Below the pieces are notes generated by a model. The model was not told the origin of the DNA. It searched no databases and worked only from the letters and a program-made list of their open reading frames with translations. This document shows, piece by piece, positions 20,101-28,815 of a stretch of 64,000 nucleotides of DNA. The stretch comes from a virus (taxonomy: Duplodnaviria > Caudoviricetes), in the IMG/VR virus record IMGVR_UViG_3300031707_001866, positions 1,240-65,239 of that record; one strand, given 5' to 3'. The stretch's first letter is position 1, and each line of letters begins with the position of its first letter. The position numbers and the translations under genes are program-made.

Positions 20101-23100
20101 AGGCGAAAAATATTATATAACTAAACAAACAACTTGGAAAATATTTAAATACGACGAGGCCGCTTCTACGTGGGAAGAAAACGAGACCGCACCTTGTCAG
20201 GCAATTGACAGTATAAAAACTAAGGTTCCGTTACAGCATTCTTATCCCAGGATACTGCAAACCAACGACGGACAAATCTTAGTTTATTATCAAAACAATA
20301 GAAATTATTACAGGGAGCCAGGGAAAATTCAAGGCATTTTGATTGAGCGAGACAGCTCTTTAAATGTGGGTGATACTAGGGAAGTTTCTTTTGTTAATAG
20401 AAAGGTCAATTTAGGATTTGACGTAGACGACTGGACTGACACTGAGAAGGTGTCTATATTTTCTACTTATAATTCAGTAACAGATAAATATGACGTTAGG
20501 TATCAAGTATTAGAAAAGATTGATTTAGATAGTTCCTGGTCTTCTCATTTGAAGGTCAGGGATAAAATAAAGGGAATGACTATTGAATTAACCGACGAAT
20601 CACAAGCCGGAACCTTCAATATAGAACTAGATAATTCTGACGATAATTTTAGCCCCGACAATCCTGACTCATCTGTCTATGGGTATTTAGAAGAAAATAA
20701 GGAAGTAAGGTTGAGCTTGGGGTTTATGGATAACATTCAATTACTAATGACTGGCTTGATTGACGAAGTAAACTGTGATTACACTCCAGATGGGGCGAAA
20801 GTAACTAAAATTACTGGAAAAGATTATTGGAAAAAACTGTTAGATGTCCCCGTTACTTTAACTGTCGGCGAAGATAAAAAAGTAGCGAGTAAAAATTCTG
20901 ATATACTGATTAAACACATAGAAGGCAATACAGCCACCGACGCCACAAGAACCATCTCAGTAATTACTGGTGGGACAACTATTTATCAATTAGCTATCCC
21001 AGTAACCTTTATCGTTCCACAATACGATACGATAACTAATTATGAAATAAAACTTGAAAATATTTCTCCGGCTTATGCCGCAGGAGATTATGAGTGGAGT
21101 TGGGAACACGAAGGTATTGTTGATAAATTAAGTCCCGGATACTTTGTTAAAGTTAAGATGATTACTGTTAATTATAACGCCCCGCGTCTAACATTTGACC
21201 TAGTGGGAACTTCGCGGACTGACTCGTCTACTAAAACTTTTGGAACATTTAATGCTAATTACGATGATTCCAACGTAACCTTAATAGAGACCGGGGTAAC
21301 TAACGGCGATAACTGCACTTGGAATGATGGAATTGCTTATTATATCTGGGACGTTCTTATCAACATTCCTTCCAAAGAAATAGACGACGACTATGACTTG
21401 ACCGTTGCGAATGTAACACACAATTTACCGGTGCATACCCCAGAATACCTTAATTGCGAAGTAGTTTATCCTGAGTATATTGAAAAGGCGTCAATTCACA
21501 ACAAAGTTGTAAAGACCAATATCTATATACTGACTGATAATGCCTCAGATTTTGATTTTAGCTTTGACTTACGAGTGGTTTATTCTAATGACAATACTCA
21601 AACAGTCCAAGTTAGACCCACCAAAGAGGAATTGTTTGATAAACTTTGCACTGAGGCGAAAATAACTAACTCAGAGTTTTCTGAACCAATTAGAGCAAAA
21701 TTACCTAAGGTTTCTTTTATAGAAGAAAATGCCATTGATTGCTTTGAAAAATTACGCCAAGTATGCTGGGACAGTAATAATAAATTGTATAAATTATATT
21801 TCAACAACTGTGGTAAATTGATACTGAAGCCCATATTTGAAGATTACGTCTATTACTCTAAACTTTGGACTACCGACGATGATTGGATGACTTATTCTTT
21901 CTTACAAAATGTTTTTATAAATGCTGGTTCAGTTGTGCTGTCACTAACCGGGACTAATTATAGTAACTACGGAGCTAATGTATTACCAGAAAACGACGGC
22001 TGGACAAAATATACTAATAGTGTGATAGTCCCAACTGCTTTGGGAGGAGTTTATCACTGGGCGAAGGTAGGAACAGACTATATGTGCTACTACAGGCACG
22101 CCGCTTTTGTAAACAGCGTGGGGTGGACAATTGAGGCTAAGTTAAAAGTAGTTCATTCAGCAGGAACCTCCGGTTGGTTGCGCCAGATATTTATTTCGAG
22201 CGTCTCAGACACGCGTTCGTGCGTATTAGTATTTGGAGAAGACAGAATACAACTGTGGTCTAATCTTCAGGATTTGGAAGGTGGAAACACGCTATACGGA
22301 CAGTATGTTATGGATACAACCCACGATTACCACATTTATAGGCTAGTTTCCAAAAATAACCAATGTGATGTTTATGTGAATGATATGACGATACCGGTAA
22401 TATCGGTAACATTGACTTCCTTATATACCCCTTCCCCATCAGATTCAATAGAGTGGGGAGACCACGCTACAGCGGGGGGAGCGGATTCCTGCGAATATTA
22501 TTTAGACTATTTAACTTATAATGATGGCATAATCCCTACGTATAATACTAACGGGTATATTAGACTCCAGAAAGATGCGGGAGAAGAGGTTCATTGGGAA
22601 AATTATTTAATCTCAAAATCAATTCCAACGGGCACTGGTGTTAGACTTAGGGTCAAAACAGCCTCATCTCAATCTGAATTGTCTACTGCCGGTTGGTCTA
22701 ATTGGAACGAGGCAGCTAATGACGATTTAGATATTCCAAGTAATCGTTGGCTAGAAGTAGAATTATATTTATATACTAATGATACTGACGTTACCCCTGT
22801 TGTTGATGACTTAACTATAAATTATAGAAGCATAACAGTTCAGAGAAAAATGGTATGGACATTTACAGAATATCAAGACATCATTCAATTATCCAAACCT
22901 TTACGGGACATTGAATTAGTAAGCAGGGTTAAGGTTACGGGTGCGGAAGAAGAGGTTAGAGAGGTTGTATATCCAGAAAAACAACTCTATACCGCACACG
23001 AGTTGACTGTGGGTAATCACGGCGATGTAGACGAATATAGATTATACTTCTCTAATGACAATGGGGCAATAAAAGTAGACCCCTCGTCAATTAGGGTTAC

Positions 23101-23575
23101 AGAGGACTCTTCGTCCGACGCTACCTGGATTATGGAATCGGTTAGTTCGGATAATGTAGAAATCTGGGTCTATAATACGAATTGGTGGCACACGGGTTGG
23201 GTTAAATTAAACGTTTATGCTAAACCGGTGGGGGACGCAGTTCCGACCGCTATATATAAAGTTGAAACGGACGTCTCATCTAAGCGTCTTTATGGGCTCA
23301 AACAAGAAGAGATTAGCAATCCTCTTATAGCGACCGAAGCAGAGGCGGGATATTTGGCACTGGCTACACTCGAAGAAAGTAAGTTAGAAAAGAATACCGT
23401 AGAGTTTGAAACTATATCGGGGTTATTAATTGAACCAGGAGATTTTATTACAGTCATTCATACAGACAGCAACACTAATGACTGTTACAGAATTAGAAAG
23501 GTCACACACGAATTGACTGTGACCGACGCGGGAAATAAACTTACTACAAAATTAACAGCACTAAAACTTACTTAG
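17111..23575 (+). CDS. Large tail tip / baseplate hub-receptor-binding protein
   Basis: 2154 aa beta-rich; Asp-box SIDYGVTW; hub-like segments (TFNIELDNSD, GLIDEV, ITGKDYWKKL, IEPGDFITV). Confidence 0.75.
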   Translation: MLDNTIIEGILKNKYQPRPGGEIDFGVMTAKASHQWLFGMQDNEEGWTYSPNTTADFISKDGYLNIYFNSNADAYILSPEQLEIDGTTYNHILIRLKFEPGTYTNHTFSINWVLDADEEFNTSISVSVDTTGQEDGEFYEYDIDLSADNNWLYNSIHQIRFDFDDRSEKNIYIDYIRVQSSSESVGDKSVQLLQTDGSMPTIFRDHSDNVWAAWLKAVTDVAATSKTWTTDADFNTGTKYQTVFGSNKVVLDQTAPSDTLDQSQTSWDASGYLQMRYSTAIEWNANSFTPSVTANISKVILRLAKIGVPTGNIWITIETDNSNKPSGTIVVQSANVDVSGLSTDTVNGAEVTFTLSPTSLTSGIKYWIKYNGDYAESSSNHTIIFKKTSMGAHFGYYGNGSFHIPYDSNSDAYFKEYYLPSSNPYFSNGYIEFIYDAGAIADWSTYDFSVDLLEPANTNIKIKCATSNDNVSYSAWSGWFDTSTGNLTGVANSRYIKVQVYLETTNTATTPTLGALTINILTVPTYAIKYKKYTSGSWGTETTLVTDTEEFANNLCLYENNSNQMELVYALDSNVYRTYYNSGWQTPVSIVTHTSGDMRCWAFKGADGYDYIYYSYVSGGVYYIKFKSSADNYAAENSVLSSTSKIKNICVYEDDKNVVWLVYELYITYTLKPTFVHLYCKKSIDYGVTWGSATKISSTEETKEDLWLCGLDKLVALDDENSWETVVNSASPYKGEMYHGKVYMVDSFKSRLDGIVASDFNNLYKFDGADFSTEHDFSADTPAEKANDIIIADDYIWILGAAYVQKYDGTALTKLNTDVIDCANESYTFGEIGLCFGGLPIYCGGGKVGANDGKYYKFIDYVGWEGLIGVANAGYQIMESYYYEGEQYAVLLLKQAVWGEYWSFVIGKFNNSTSAFPFDIIYNDYSSTGYKYGGVSNYFVTCKMRFLNGVPYLLMVGGDSSGAVIDSRVYNLIDYSVSESLVGSTLNNFIRTVYDWKGEKYYITKQTTWKIFKYDEAASTWEENETAPCQAIDSIKTKVPLQHSYPRILQTNDGQILVYYQNNRNYYREPGKIQGILIERDSSLNVGDTREVSFVNRKVNLGFDVDDWTDTEKVSIFSTYNSVTDKYDVRYQVLEKIDLDSSWSSHLKVRDKIKGMTIELTDESQAGTFNIELDNSDDNFSPDNPDSSVYGYLEENKEVRLSLGFMDNIQLLMTGLIDEVNCDYTPDGAKVTKITGKDYWKKLLDVPVTLTVGEDKKVASKNSDILIKHIEGNTATDATRTISVITGGTTIYQLAIPVTFIVPQYDTITNYEIKLENISPAYAAGDYEWSWEHEGIVDKLSPGYFVKVKMITVNYNAPRLTFDLVGTSRTDSSTKTFGTFNANYDDSNVTLIETGVTNGDNCTWNDGIAYYIWDVLINIPSKEIDDDYDLTVANVTHNLPVHTPEYLNCEVVYPEYIEKASIHNKVVKTNIYILTDNASDFDFSFDLRVVYSNDNTQTVQVRPTKEELFDKLCTEAKITNSEFSEPIRAKLPKVSFIEENAIDCFEKLRQVCWDSNNKLYKLYFNNCGKLILKPIFEDYVYYSKLWTTDDDWMTYSFLQNVFINAGSVVLSLTGTNYSNYGANVLPENDGWTKYTNSVIVPTALGGVYHWAKVGTDYMCYYRHAAFVNSVGWTIEAKLKVVHSAGTSGWLRQIFISSVSDTRSCVLVFGEDRIQLWSNLQDLEGGNTLYGQYVMDTTHDYHIYRLVSKNNQCDVYVNDMTIPVISVTLTSLYTPSPSDSIEWGDHATAGGADSCEYYLDYLTYNDGIIPTYNTNGYIRLQKDAGEEVHWENYLISKSIPTGTGVRLRVKTASSQSELSTAGWSNWNEAANDDLDIPSNRWLEVELYLYTNDTDVTPVVDDLTINYRSITVQRKMVWTFTEYQDIIQLSKPLRDIELVSRVKVTGAEEEVREVVYPEKQLYTAHELTVGNHGDVDEYRLYFSNDNGAIKVDPSSIRVTEDSSSDATWIMESVSSDNVEIWVYNTNWWHTGWVKLNVYAKPVGDAVPTAIYKVETDVSSKRLYGLKQEEISNPLIATEAEAGYLALATLEESKLEKNTVEFETISGLLIEPGDFITVIHTDSNTNDCYRIRKVTHELTVTDAGNKLTTKLTALKLT

Positions 23576-23585
23576 GGGGAATAAT

Positions 23586-23933
23586 ATGGCGAGGTATAGG
23601 TCTACATCAGACAGAAGAGTTAAAAGAGATGCTCAATCCAGGGAAAAGGTTTTTAATGGATTGGTTGTCGGTGTCAATAAAACAGGACAAAAAACTTATG
23701 AAATAAAATTAGTCGGTCTTAGCAAAGAAGTGGTTTTGCATAGCGTAAAATCAGCAGTCAAGGAAGATTTATTTGAGGGTGATGGCTGTATAATAAACTT
23801 TATGGGACGCGGAAAAACACAACCATACATAGTCGCCATTTCTTATTGCGGAGCCGACAGTGAGGATAGTGGTAAAAGAGCAGAAACTGGAGTATTTGAT
23901 TCCAGTGATTTTGATAATAGTGTATTTGAATAA
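23586..23933 (+). CDS. Hypothetical tail protein (OB-fold-like)
   Basis: 115 aa ORF in the tail block. Confidence 0.5.
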   Translation: MARYRSTSDRRVKRDAQSREKVFNGLVVGVNKTGQKTYEIKLVGLSKEVVLHSVKSAVKEDLFEGDGCIINFMGRGKTQPYIVAISYCGADSEDSGKRAETGVFDSSDFDNSVFE

Positions 23934-23946
23934 AGGAGGAGTGGTT

Positions 23947-24117
23947 ATGAGTATGAATGACGAACTAAGAGATTTGGATGTAAAAATCGCTAAACTCGTG
24001 GTAGCAATAAATAAATTAAAGACTGAAAGAGACGCACTGGTTGGTAGATTAAAAGTTGTTTCAGATGTCATAAACAACAAAAGAAAATCAGAAAATATTA
24101 TAAAGGAGAGTGAATAA
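23947..24117 (+). CDS. Small coiled-coil protein
   Basis: MSMNDELRDLDVKIAKL after AAGGAGGA RBS. Confidence 0.55.
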   Translation: MSMNDELRDLDVKIAKLVVAINKLKTERDALVGRLKVVSDVINNKRKSENIIKESE

Positions 24118-24119
24118 AA

Positions 24120-25454
24120 ATGAATTTTAGAGCAGCGAGGTCGGGGCAGAAGATAAAATCAATTGACTGGAATTACAATTTCAGCAACGCCAAATCCGCA
24201 ATAGAGGCCGCAGAAACCACATTCGATAATTTCTATACTTATATGGGGTATATGATTAATGACATTGTGGTGAGTGGCGGAGCAGTGACTCCCCACGTTT
24301 CAGGAGTAACGGTAGACATTACCGCGTGCATTGCTTATGTCAATGGAGAATTTTATGTATTAGACGCACAGTCATTGAATTTAACTGTGCCGGGTGCTGG
24401 TGCACGCACAAATGCAGTTGTAGTGGATAATTCAGGAACTATTGTTGAAGTATTAGGTGACACGGGTAATCCGCACACACCGCCAGCAACAACTTCAGAC
24501 CAATTGAGATTGGCAAATGTTTATTTACTGGCCGCTGATACAATAGTTCACGCCGACGATATTGATTATAGACTAGTTTACACTGTTTACGATATGAGAA
24601 GCGTAATAGACTATGTAAATGCATTGAAAGTTATTAAGGCATACGGTCTATATATTTATTTTAGTGCAGGTAATGTTAAAATAGGGAATACTTTTTATGC
24701 GGTTGCCGCCGGGACGTTACTGCTTACGAATACCGCCACTAACTATGTGTTTGTAAATAATGCAGGTGCGGTCGCGGCCAACACGACAGGATACCCGACC
24801 GATAGTATTCCAATGGCTACGGTAGTTTGTGCTGCAGGCGTTACGGGAACTATAACTGACAATAGAGTAATTAGGATAAACAAGTATCTTAACGGCGATG
24901 GGATTGTAATTACAGGAAGTTCTATAGCAGTTGACCTGGCTACAAATCCAGGACTACAATTTACTTCTAATAAGTTAGATTTAAAATTAAAAGCAAGTGG
25001 GGGATTGGCTAAAAGTTCTGACGGGGTTTATGTAAGTGGGGTTCCAACTGTGGACGGCATACAATTTCCTGCTGCACAAGTTCCAAGCGCGGATGTAAAT
25101 TGCCTTGATGATTATGAAGAAGGAACTTGGACTCCCACTAAATCCGGGTTTACTGAATCAGGTGGTGGAACAGTTACATTAACAGGAACATACATAAAAA
25201 TAGGCAGACAAGTGTTTTTGCAGGTAAAAATTGTATGCTCTGGGGGAGCAGTATTAACCGCAGTAGCAGTAACATCTTATATAGACGGTTTCCCGCTCAC
25301 CCCCTCCGACCATTCGGCACTCAATGTAGTTTGTAGTAACACTGCGAGCTATCTAGGCACAGGATTGATATACACCTCCAAAAGATTATATATGCCAGCT
25401 TGGACGGGTGCTGCTGATTATACCTACCTTTTGTCTGGCTCGTGTATTGTGTAA
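24120..25454 (+). CDS. Tail fibre protein
   Basis: Fibre-type repeats (LRLANVYL, IPMATVV) and C-terminal LDDYEEGTWTP...YIKIGRQV domain. Confidence 0.75.
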   Translation: MNFRAARSGQKIKSIDWNYNFSNAKSAIEAAETTFDNFYTYMGYMINDIVVSGGAVTPHVSGVTVDITACIAYVNGEFYVLDAQSLNLTVPGAGARTNAVVVDNSGTIVEVLGDTGNPHTPPATTSDQLRLANVYLLAADTIVHADDIDYRLVYTVYDMRSVIDYVNALKVIKAYGLYIYFSAGNVKIGNTFYAVAAGTLLLTNTATNYVFVNNAGAVAANTTGYPTDSIPMATVVCAAGVTGTITDNRVIRINKYLNGDGIVITGSSIAVDLATNPGLQFTSNKLDLKLKASGGLAKSSDGVYVSGVPTVDGIQFPAAQVPSADVNCLDDYEEGTWTPTKSGFTESGGGTVTLTGTYIKIGRQVFLQVKIVCSGGAVLTAVAVTSYIDGFPLTPSDHSALNVVCSNTASYLGTGLIYTSKRLYMPAWTGAADYTYLLSGSCIV

Positions 25455-25472
25455 GACTAGATAAAATACTTC

Positions 25473-25501
25473 TTGACAAACTTTTAGTTAAATGCTATAA
25501 T
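25473..25501 (+). promoter_or_regulatory. sigma70 promoter (extended -10)
   Basis: TTGACA-17-TATAAT with TGn. Confidence 0.85.
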
Positions 25502-25520
25502 TATCTTAGGAAGGTGAACA

Positions 25521-25646
25521 ATGCACCAAGAGACTAAAGGGTTTATAAAAGAGTTGATTAAGTATTTTATTTGGGTTTTTATTGTAATGGTTGTAATAAC
25601 TATCCTGATGAATATGGTTGTGGGGTCGATTTATTTATCCCAATAA
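25521..25646 (+). CDS. Small membrane protein (41 aa, holin candidate)
   Basis: MHQETKGFIKELIKYFIWVFIVMVVITILMNMVVGSIYLSQ; AAGGTG RBS; not in ORF track. Confidence 0.5.
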   Translation: MHQETKGFIKELIKYFIWVFIVMVVITILMNMVVGSIYLSQ

Positions 25647-25669
25647 CCCATTTCCAGAAAGGGACATTA

Positions 25670-26164
25670 ATGTATAAAAACAGAAACAGGCTAATTTTAG
25701 CACTCTCAGTGTTATTTATTGGCCTTTTTTTATTTAGTGCGGCTGGGGCTTCGGATTATCTACCTCAATGGGAAATACAGAGAATAGTGAAGATAGGCAG
25801 GCAACTTAGTCTATCAAACGAGGAAATAGTGCTTTTATGGAGTATCAGAAAGCACGAGAACGGCAGAAAAGGACGAGAATTTGGCGTTCTCCACCCAGTA
25901 AGACCGTTGACATACAACTCTCAAGCAAGATGGTGTGCATTTTCAATAATTCAGAATAGAATAAGGTTCTATAACAAATACCACAAGAGGCTCACAAAAG
26001 ACACGATTGGTGTGTTTATATGGTTTATGGGAAACCGCTACGCACCAGTTCCCTGTAAGAATGACCCAAAGAGACTCAATGCTTTCTGGATACCCTCGGT
26101 GACAAGATATTGGCATATTTATTATGATATGTATATTGATGAATTAAGGAGTGGGAGATTATGA
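25670..26164 (+). CDS. Lysozyme-like protein with signal peptide
   Basis: Hydrophobic N-terminus ending AGA; IRKHENG (putative catalytic Glu), EFGV, RYAP. Confidence 0.5.
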   Translation: MYKNRNRLILALSVLFIGLFLFSAAGASDYLPQWEIQRIVKIGRQLSLSNEEIVLLWSIRKHENGRKGREFGVLHPVRPLTYNSQARWCAFSIIQNRIRFYNKYHKRLTKDTIGVFIWFMGNRYAPVPCKNDPKRLNAFWIPSVTRYWHIYYDMYIDELRSGRL

Positions 26165-26334
26165 AAAACCCTAAATCAGGTTATGGTATTCCTGTAAAGA
26201 TGGTTCCGATTTGTAAAATTTGTAATGCGCCGTTGAAGACAGTTTTATTTATTGATTTGGTAGAAAAAAACGGAAATATAAAACACCCAAAGAAATTTAT
26301 TAAACAGTGCACAAAATGTGACTTGGTTCAGTGA
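26161..26334 (+). CDS. Small Zn-finger protein
   Basis: CKIC...CTKC, 57 aa, GGGAG RBS; not in ORF track. Confidence 0.5.
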   Translation: MKNPKSGYGIPVKMVPICKICNAPLKTVLFIDLVEKNGNIKHPKKFIKQCTKCDLVQ

Positions 26335-26341
26335 GGTGTCT

Positions 26342-26704
26342 ATGCCAGAAGAAAATAAGCCTAAATTTTTGTTCACAATTACTACTGTTGGTGATTTAGT
26401 TGACGCCATTAAAAAATACGAAGCAATGTCTAATGAGGATTTACAAAAACTCCCGGAGCAAATGGTTAAGGATGGAACGGCACAGATACTGGGAACATCC
26501 AATATGGATGCCGTAGCACTTACCAAAAATCTTCGCGAAGAAGGCTATAAGGTAAAAAATATTCAAGAAGATTTAAATAAAGAGATGGTCAAATGTTGTG
26601 GGTGTGGAAAAGAAGTTAAAAAAGTAGACGCACACGCTATGGGAGGAAAGCTATATGCGTGTCAGAGATGCTGGGACGAATTAAATAGTTGGAATAGTAA
26701 ATAA
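26342..26704 (+). CDS. Hypothetical protein with C-terminal Zn finger
   Basis: CCGC...CQRC; GAGGTG RBS before MPEENK. Confidence 0.6.
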   Translation: MPEENKPKFLFTITTVGDLVDAIKKYEAMSNEDLQKLPEQMVKDGTAQILGTSNMDAVALTKNLREEGYKVKNIQEDLNKEMVKCCGCGKEVKKVDAHAMGGKLYACQRCWDELNSWNSK

Positions 26705-26708
26705 TATT

Positions 26709-26784
26709 GGGTCGGTGATGTAAAGATGGTGAGCATATTTGGTTGTGACCCAAAAAGTCGGGTTCGACTCCCGCCGACCCCCCA
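26709..26784 (+). tRNA. tRNA-His (GTG)
   Basis: GGGTCGG/CCGACCC acceptor, TTTGG-TTGTGAC-CCAAA anticodon arm, GGTTCGACTCC T arm, C discriminator, encoded CCA. Confidence 0.85.
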
Positions 26785-26800
26785 ACCCCGAAAATAAACC

Positions 26801-26829
26801 TTGACAAAAAACACGTGAACTGATATAAT
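26801..26829 (+). promoter_or_regulatory. sigma70 promoter (extended -10)
   Basis: TTGACA-17-TATAAT with TGn; shares AACTGATATAATTAAG with the 31213 promoter. Confidence 0.85.
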
Positions 26830-26847
26830 TAAGTTAGAGGAGAATCA

Positions 26848-26991
26848 ATGGCTGACTTTACAGTAGACCCAAGAAATTGGGATAGTTGTTGGTGTCCAGT
26901 ATGTAGTGAAATGGTAACGCCTTTGATTGAGGGTGAAGATATAAAGTTGTATTGTCCTCGGTGTATGTCGGAACTTTCAAAAGGAGTGTGA
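26848..26991 (+). CDS. Small Zn-ribbon protein
   Basis: CPVC...CPRC, 47 aa, GAGGAG RBS. Confidence 0.55.
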   Translation: MADFTVDPRNWDSCWCPVCSEMVTPLIEGEDIKLYCPRCMSELSKGV

Positions 26992-26994
26992 CCT

Positions 26995-27282
26995 ATGGAT
27001 AGACGGCACAGTATCAGACTTCAGGAAGACATTAACAACGGGACGCATTGGAAGGTTGGCGACAAGGGTGGTCATTTTTGTCAGCACTGCGGCTGGGAAA
27101 TTCGCGGAATCGTTTATAATATGCTTGACCGACACTATTGCGAGCAGTGTTATATTCCGATATTCAATATGGTAAATGTGGGCGGAAGTCTAAATGTAGA
27201 AGAGTATAACCTTCTTATAGAAAAGATAGATGGTTTGACGGATTTATTGATAAAATTGGTCAAAGAATTGGGTAAAAAGTAA
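26995..27282 (+). CDS. Hypothetical Zn-finger protein
   Basis: CQHC...CEQC. Confidence 0.6.
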   Translation: MDRRHSIRLQEDINNGTHWKVGDKGGHFCQHCGWEIRGIVYNMLDRHYCEQCYIPIFNMVNVGGSLNVEEYNLLIEKIDGLTDLLIKLVKELGKK

Positions 27283-27297
27283 ATTGGGGGTGAGTAT

Positions 27298-27429
27298 ATG
27301 GCGGAAAAGGTGAAAGTATTGGGAATTAAAAGAGAAAAGGGTTGGCTTTACTTTGTAGACAAGGACGGCGATGTGTCTAGGGCTAAAAAGGGCAAGACGC
27401 CGGAAAAGGAAGCCACAGAAGCGTCATAA
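27298..27429 (+). CDS. Small basic protein resembling Cc1-type chromatin proteins
   Basis: MAEKVKVLGIKREKGWLYFVDKDGDVSRAKKG; GGGGGTGA RBS; not in ORF track. Confidence 0.55.
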   Translation: MAEKVKVLGIKREKGWLYFVDKDGDVSRAKKGKTPEKEATEAS

Positions 27430-27540
27430 ATCGTTTCTAAGGGCATAATAGGGGATGGGGGTTAGGAATGGGCTATCCGACCGACGAAAGCCCTCCCTAC
27501 CCCCCGAAATATTGACAAAATCGGCTATTTTGGAGGTATT

Positions 27541-27846
27541 ATGGAGCCAGAAATCACTTTAGGAGCCAAAGTAGTAGTCATAGGGGTAGACAGAGAAGTA
27601 TATGAGCGCAAGAAAGCCCTTATAGGTAGGATAGGTGTGATTACGCAACAACTTGATGACAGAATAGAAGTGTGCTTTGATTCTATAGATTATTGTTTCT
27701 TTTACGAACGCAATTTATCCTTAGACCTTTCTTTGGCTGAAGATTTCCCGGTGGTTGATAGAACGACACCAGAAATTAAAATCGCCAAGTATCCGCCAAA
27801 AATAAAAAACACTCGAATAAGAAAAAGAAATCCAAAAAGGAGATAA
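27541..27846 (+). CDS. Hypothetical protein (SH3/KOW-like N-terminus)
   Basis: LGAKVVV...GRIGVI pattern, GGAGG RBS. Confidence 0.55.
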   Translation: MEPEITLGAKVVVIGVDREVYERKKALIGRIGVITQQLDDRIEVCFDSIDYCFFYERNLSLDLSLAEDFPVVDRTTPEIKIAKYPPKIKNTRIRKRNPKRR

Positions 27847-27847
27847 G

Positions 27848-28624
27848 ATGAATCTAATTCCTGCATACAATGTCATATCTGACAAGCGACACAGATACTA
27901 TGTTGATGGTGAGGTTATGTCTTCAGTAACCACAATTACCGGGGTTATAGACAAGTCCCCCCAATTACAATGGTGGGCTGTTGGGCAGTGTTTAAAGTAT
28001 ATTCAGTTACATTTTAATGAGGTTCAGGATAAGTCCGATGTTAAAAACTTTCTTGCTTTATTTGCTAACGCGCAAAGTCATTATAAAGAAGTCGCTAAAG
28101 GTGAGGCCGATATTGGAACTGAAATTCACGATGCTATTTTGTTAATGGACACTGGTGGTAAACCTGATTTTTCTACAATGTCGGAACCGGCTAAATTAGG
28201 GTTCAGTGCTTATTGTGATTGGAGAAAAAAAGTAAACTATAAACCAGTGGCTTCAGAATTAGCCGTGGCTTCTAAGAAGTATAAATTCGGTGGTAGATTA
28301 GATAGTATTGCTTATGCCGAAGACGAATTAAGATTACTGGACTGGAAATCCTCTAAGGCTATTTATGCGGAATACTGGCTGCAAGTGGCCGGGGGATACT
28401 ACCAGGGGTTAAGAGAAACCTATCCGGTTCAATCAAACCCGGAACTAGAAAAACTAAAAGGTATTCAGATTATAAGATTCGGTAAGGTAGATGGGGAGTT
28501 TGAACCAAGCCCGGTGATGCCAATTGAACAAGCCAAAGCACTACTTCCAGTATTCTTGGCCTGCCAGACTGTTTTGAATTGGAAGAAGGAGAATGACAAA
28601 TATGAGAAGAAAGTTTCTGGTTAA
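27848..28624 (+). CDS. PD-(D/E)XK exonuclease
   Basis: SVTTI, GTEIH, SE, GRLDS, LLDWKSS, YWLQVA..Y. Confidence 0.85.
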   Translation: MNLIPAYNVISDKRHRYYVDGEVMSSVTTITGVIDKSPQLQWWAVGQCLKYIQLHFNEVQDKSDVKNFLALFANAQSHYKEVAKGEADIGTEIHDAILLMDTGGKPDFSTMSEPAKLGFSAYCDWRKKVNYKPVASELAVASKKYKFGGRLDSIAYAEDELRLLDWKSSKAIYAEYWLQVAGGYYQGLRETYPVQSNPELEKLKGIQIIRFGKVDGEFEPSPVMPIEQAKALLPVFLACQTVLNWKKENDKYEKKVSG

Positions 28625-28814
28625 AGGAAGATACGCAGTTGAAAAAATAAAATATGGAGACGGTATTGGTTGTTGTCTTTGGTATATTATAGATAAAAAA
28701 ACACCCGATACGGGACTGTGTTGGGATTTTTCTTACAAAGATTTGGATACAATTCTATACTTGTTGAGAAAGTTGAAAGAAATAAAGCCCACAGAATTTA
28801 AAGACGAGGCGTAA
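28593..28814 (+). CDS. Hypothetical protein
   Basis: 73 aa ORF in operon. Confidence 0.5.
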   Translation: MTNMRRKFLVKGRYAVEKIKYGDGIGCCLWYIIDKKTPDTGLCWDFSYKDLDTILYLLRKLKEIKPTEFKDEA

Positions 28815-28815
28815 A

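Noticed and set aside
24120-25454. Diversity-generating retroelement target in the tail fibre
   Set aside because: No reverse transcriptase and no TR/VR pair differing at adenines seen
27848-28624. Cas4 / CRISPR adaptation gene
   Set aside because: Lacks the four Fe-S cysteines; ordinary phage PD-(D/E)XK nuclease
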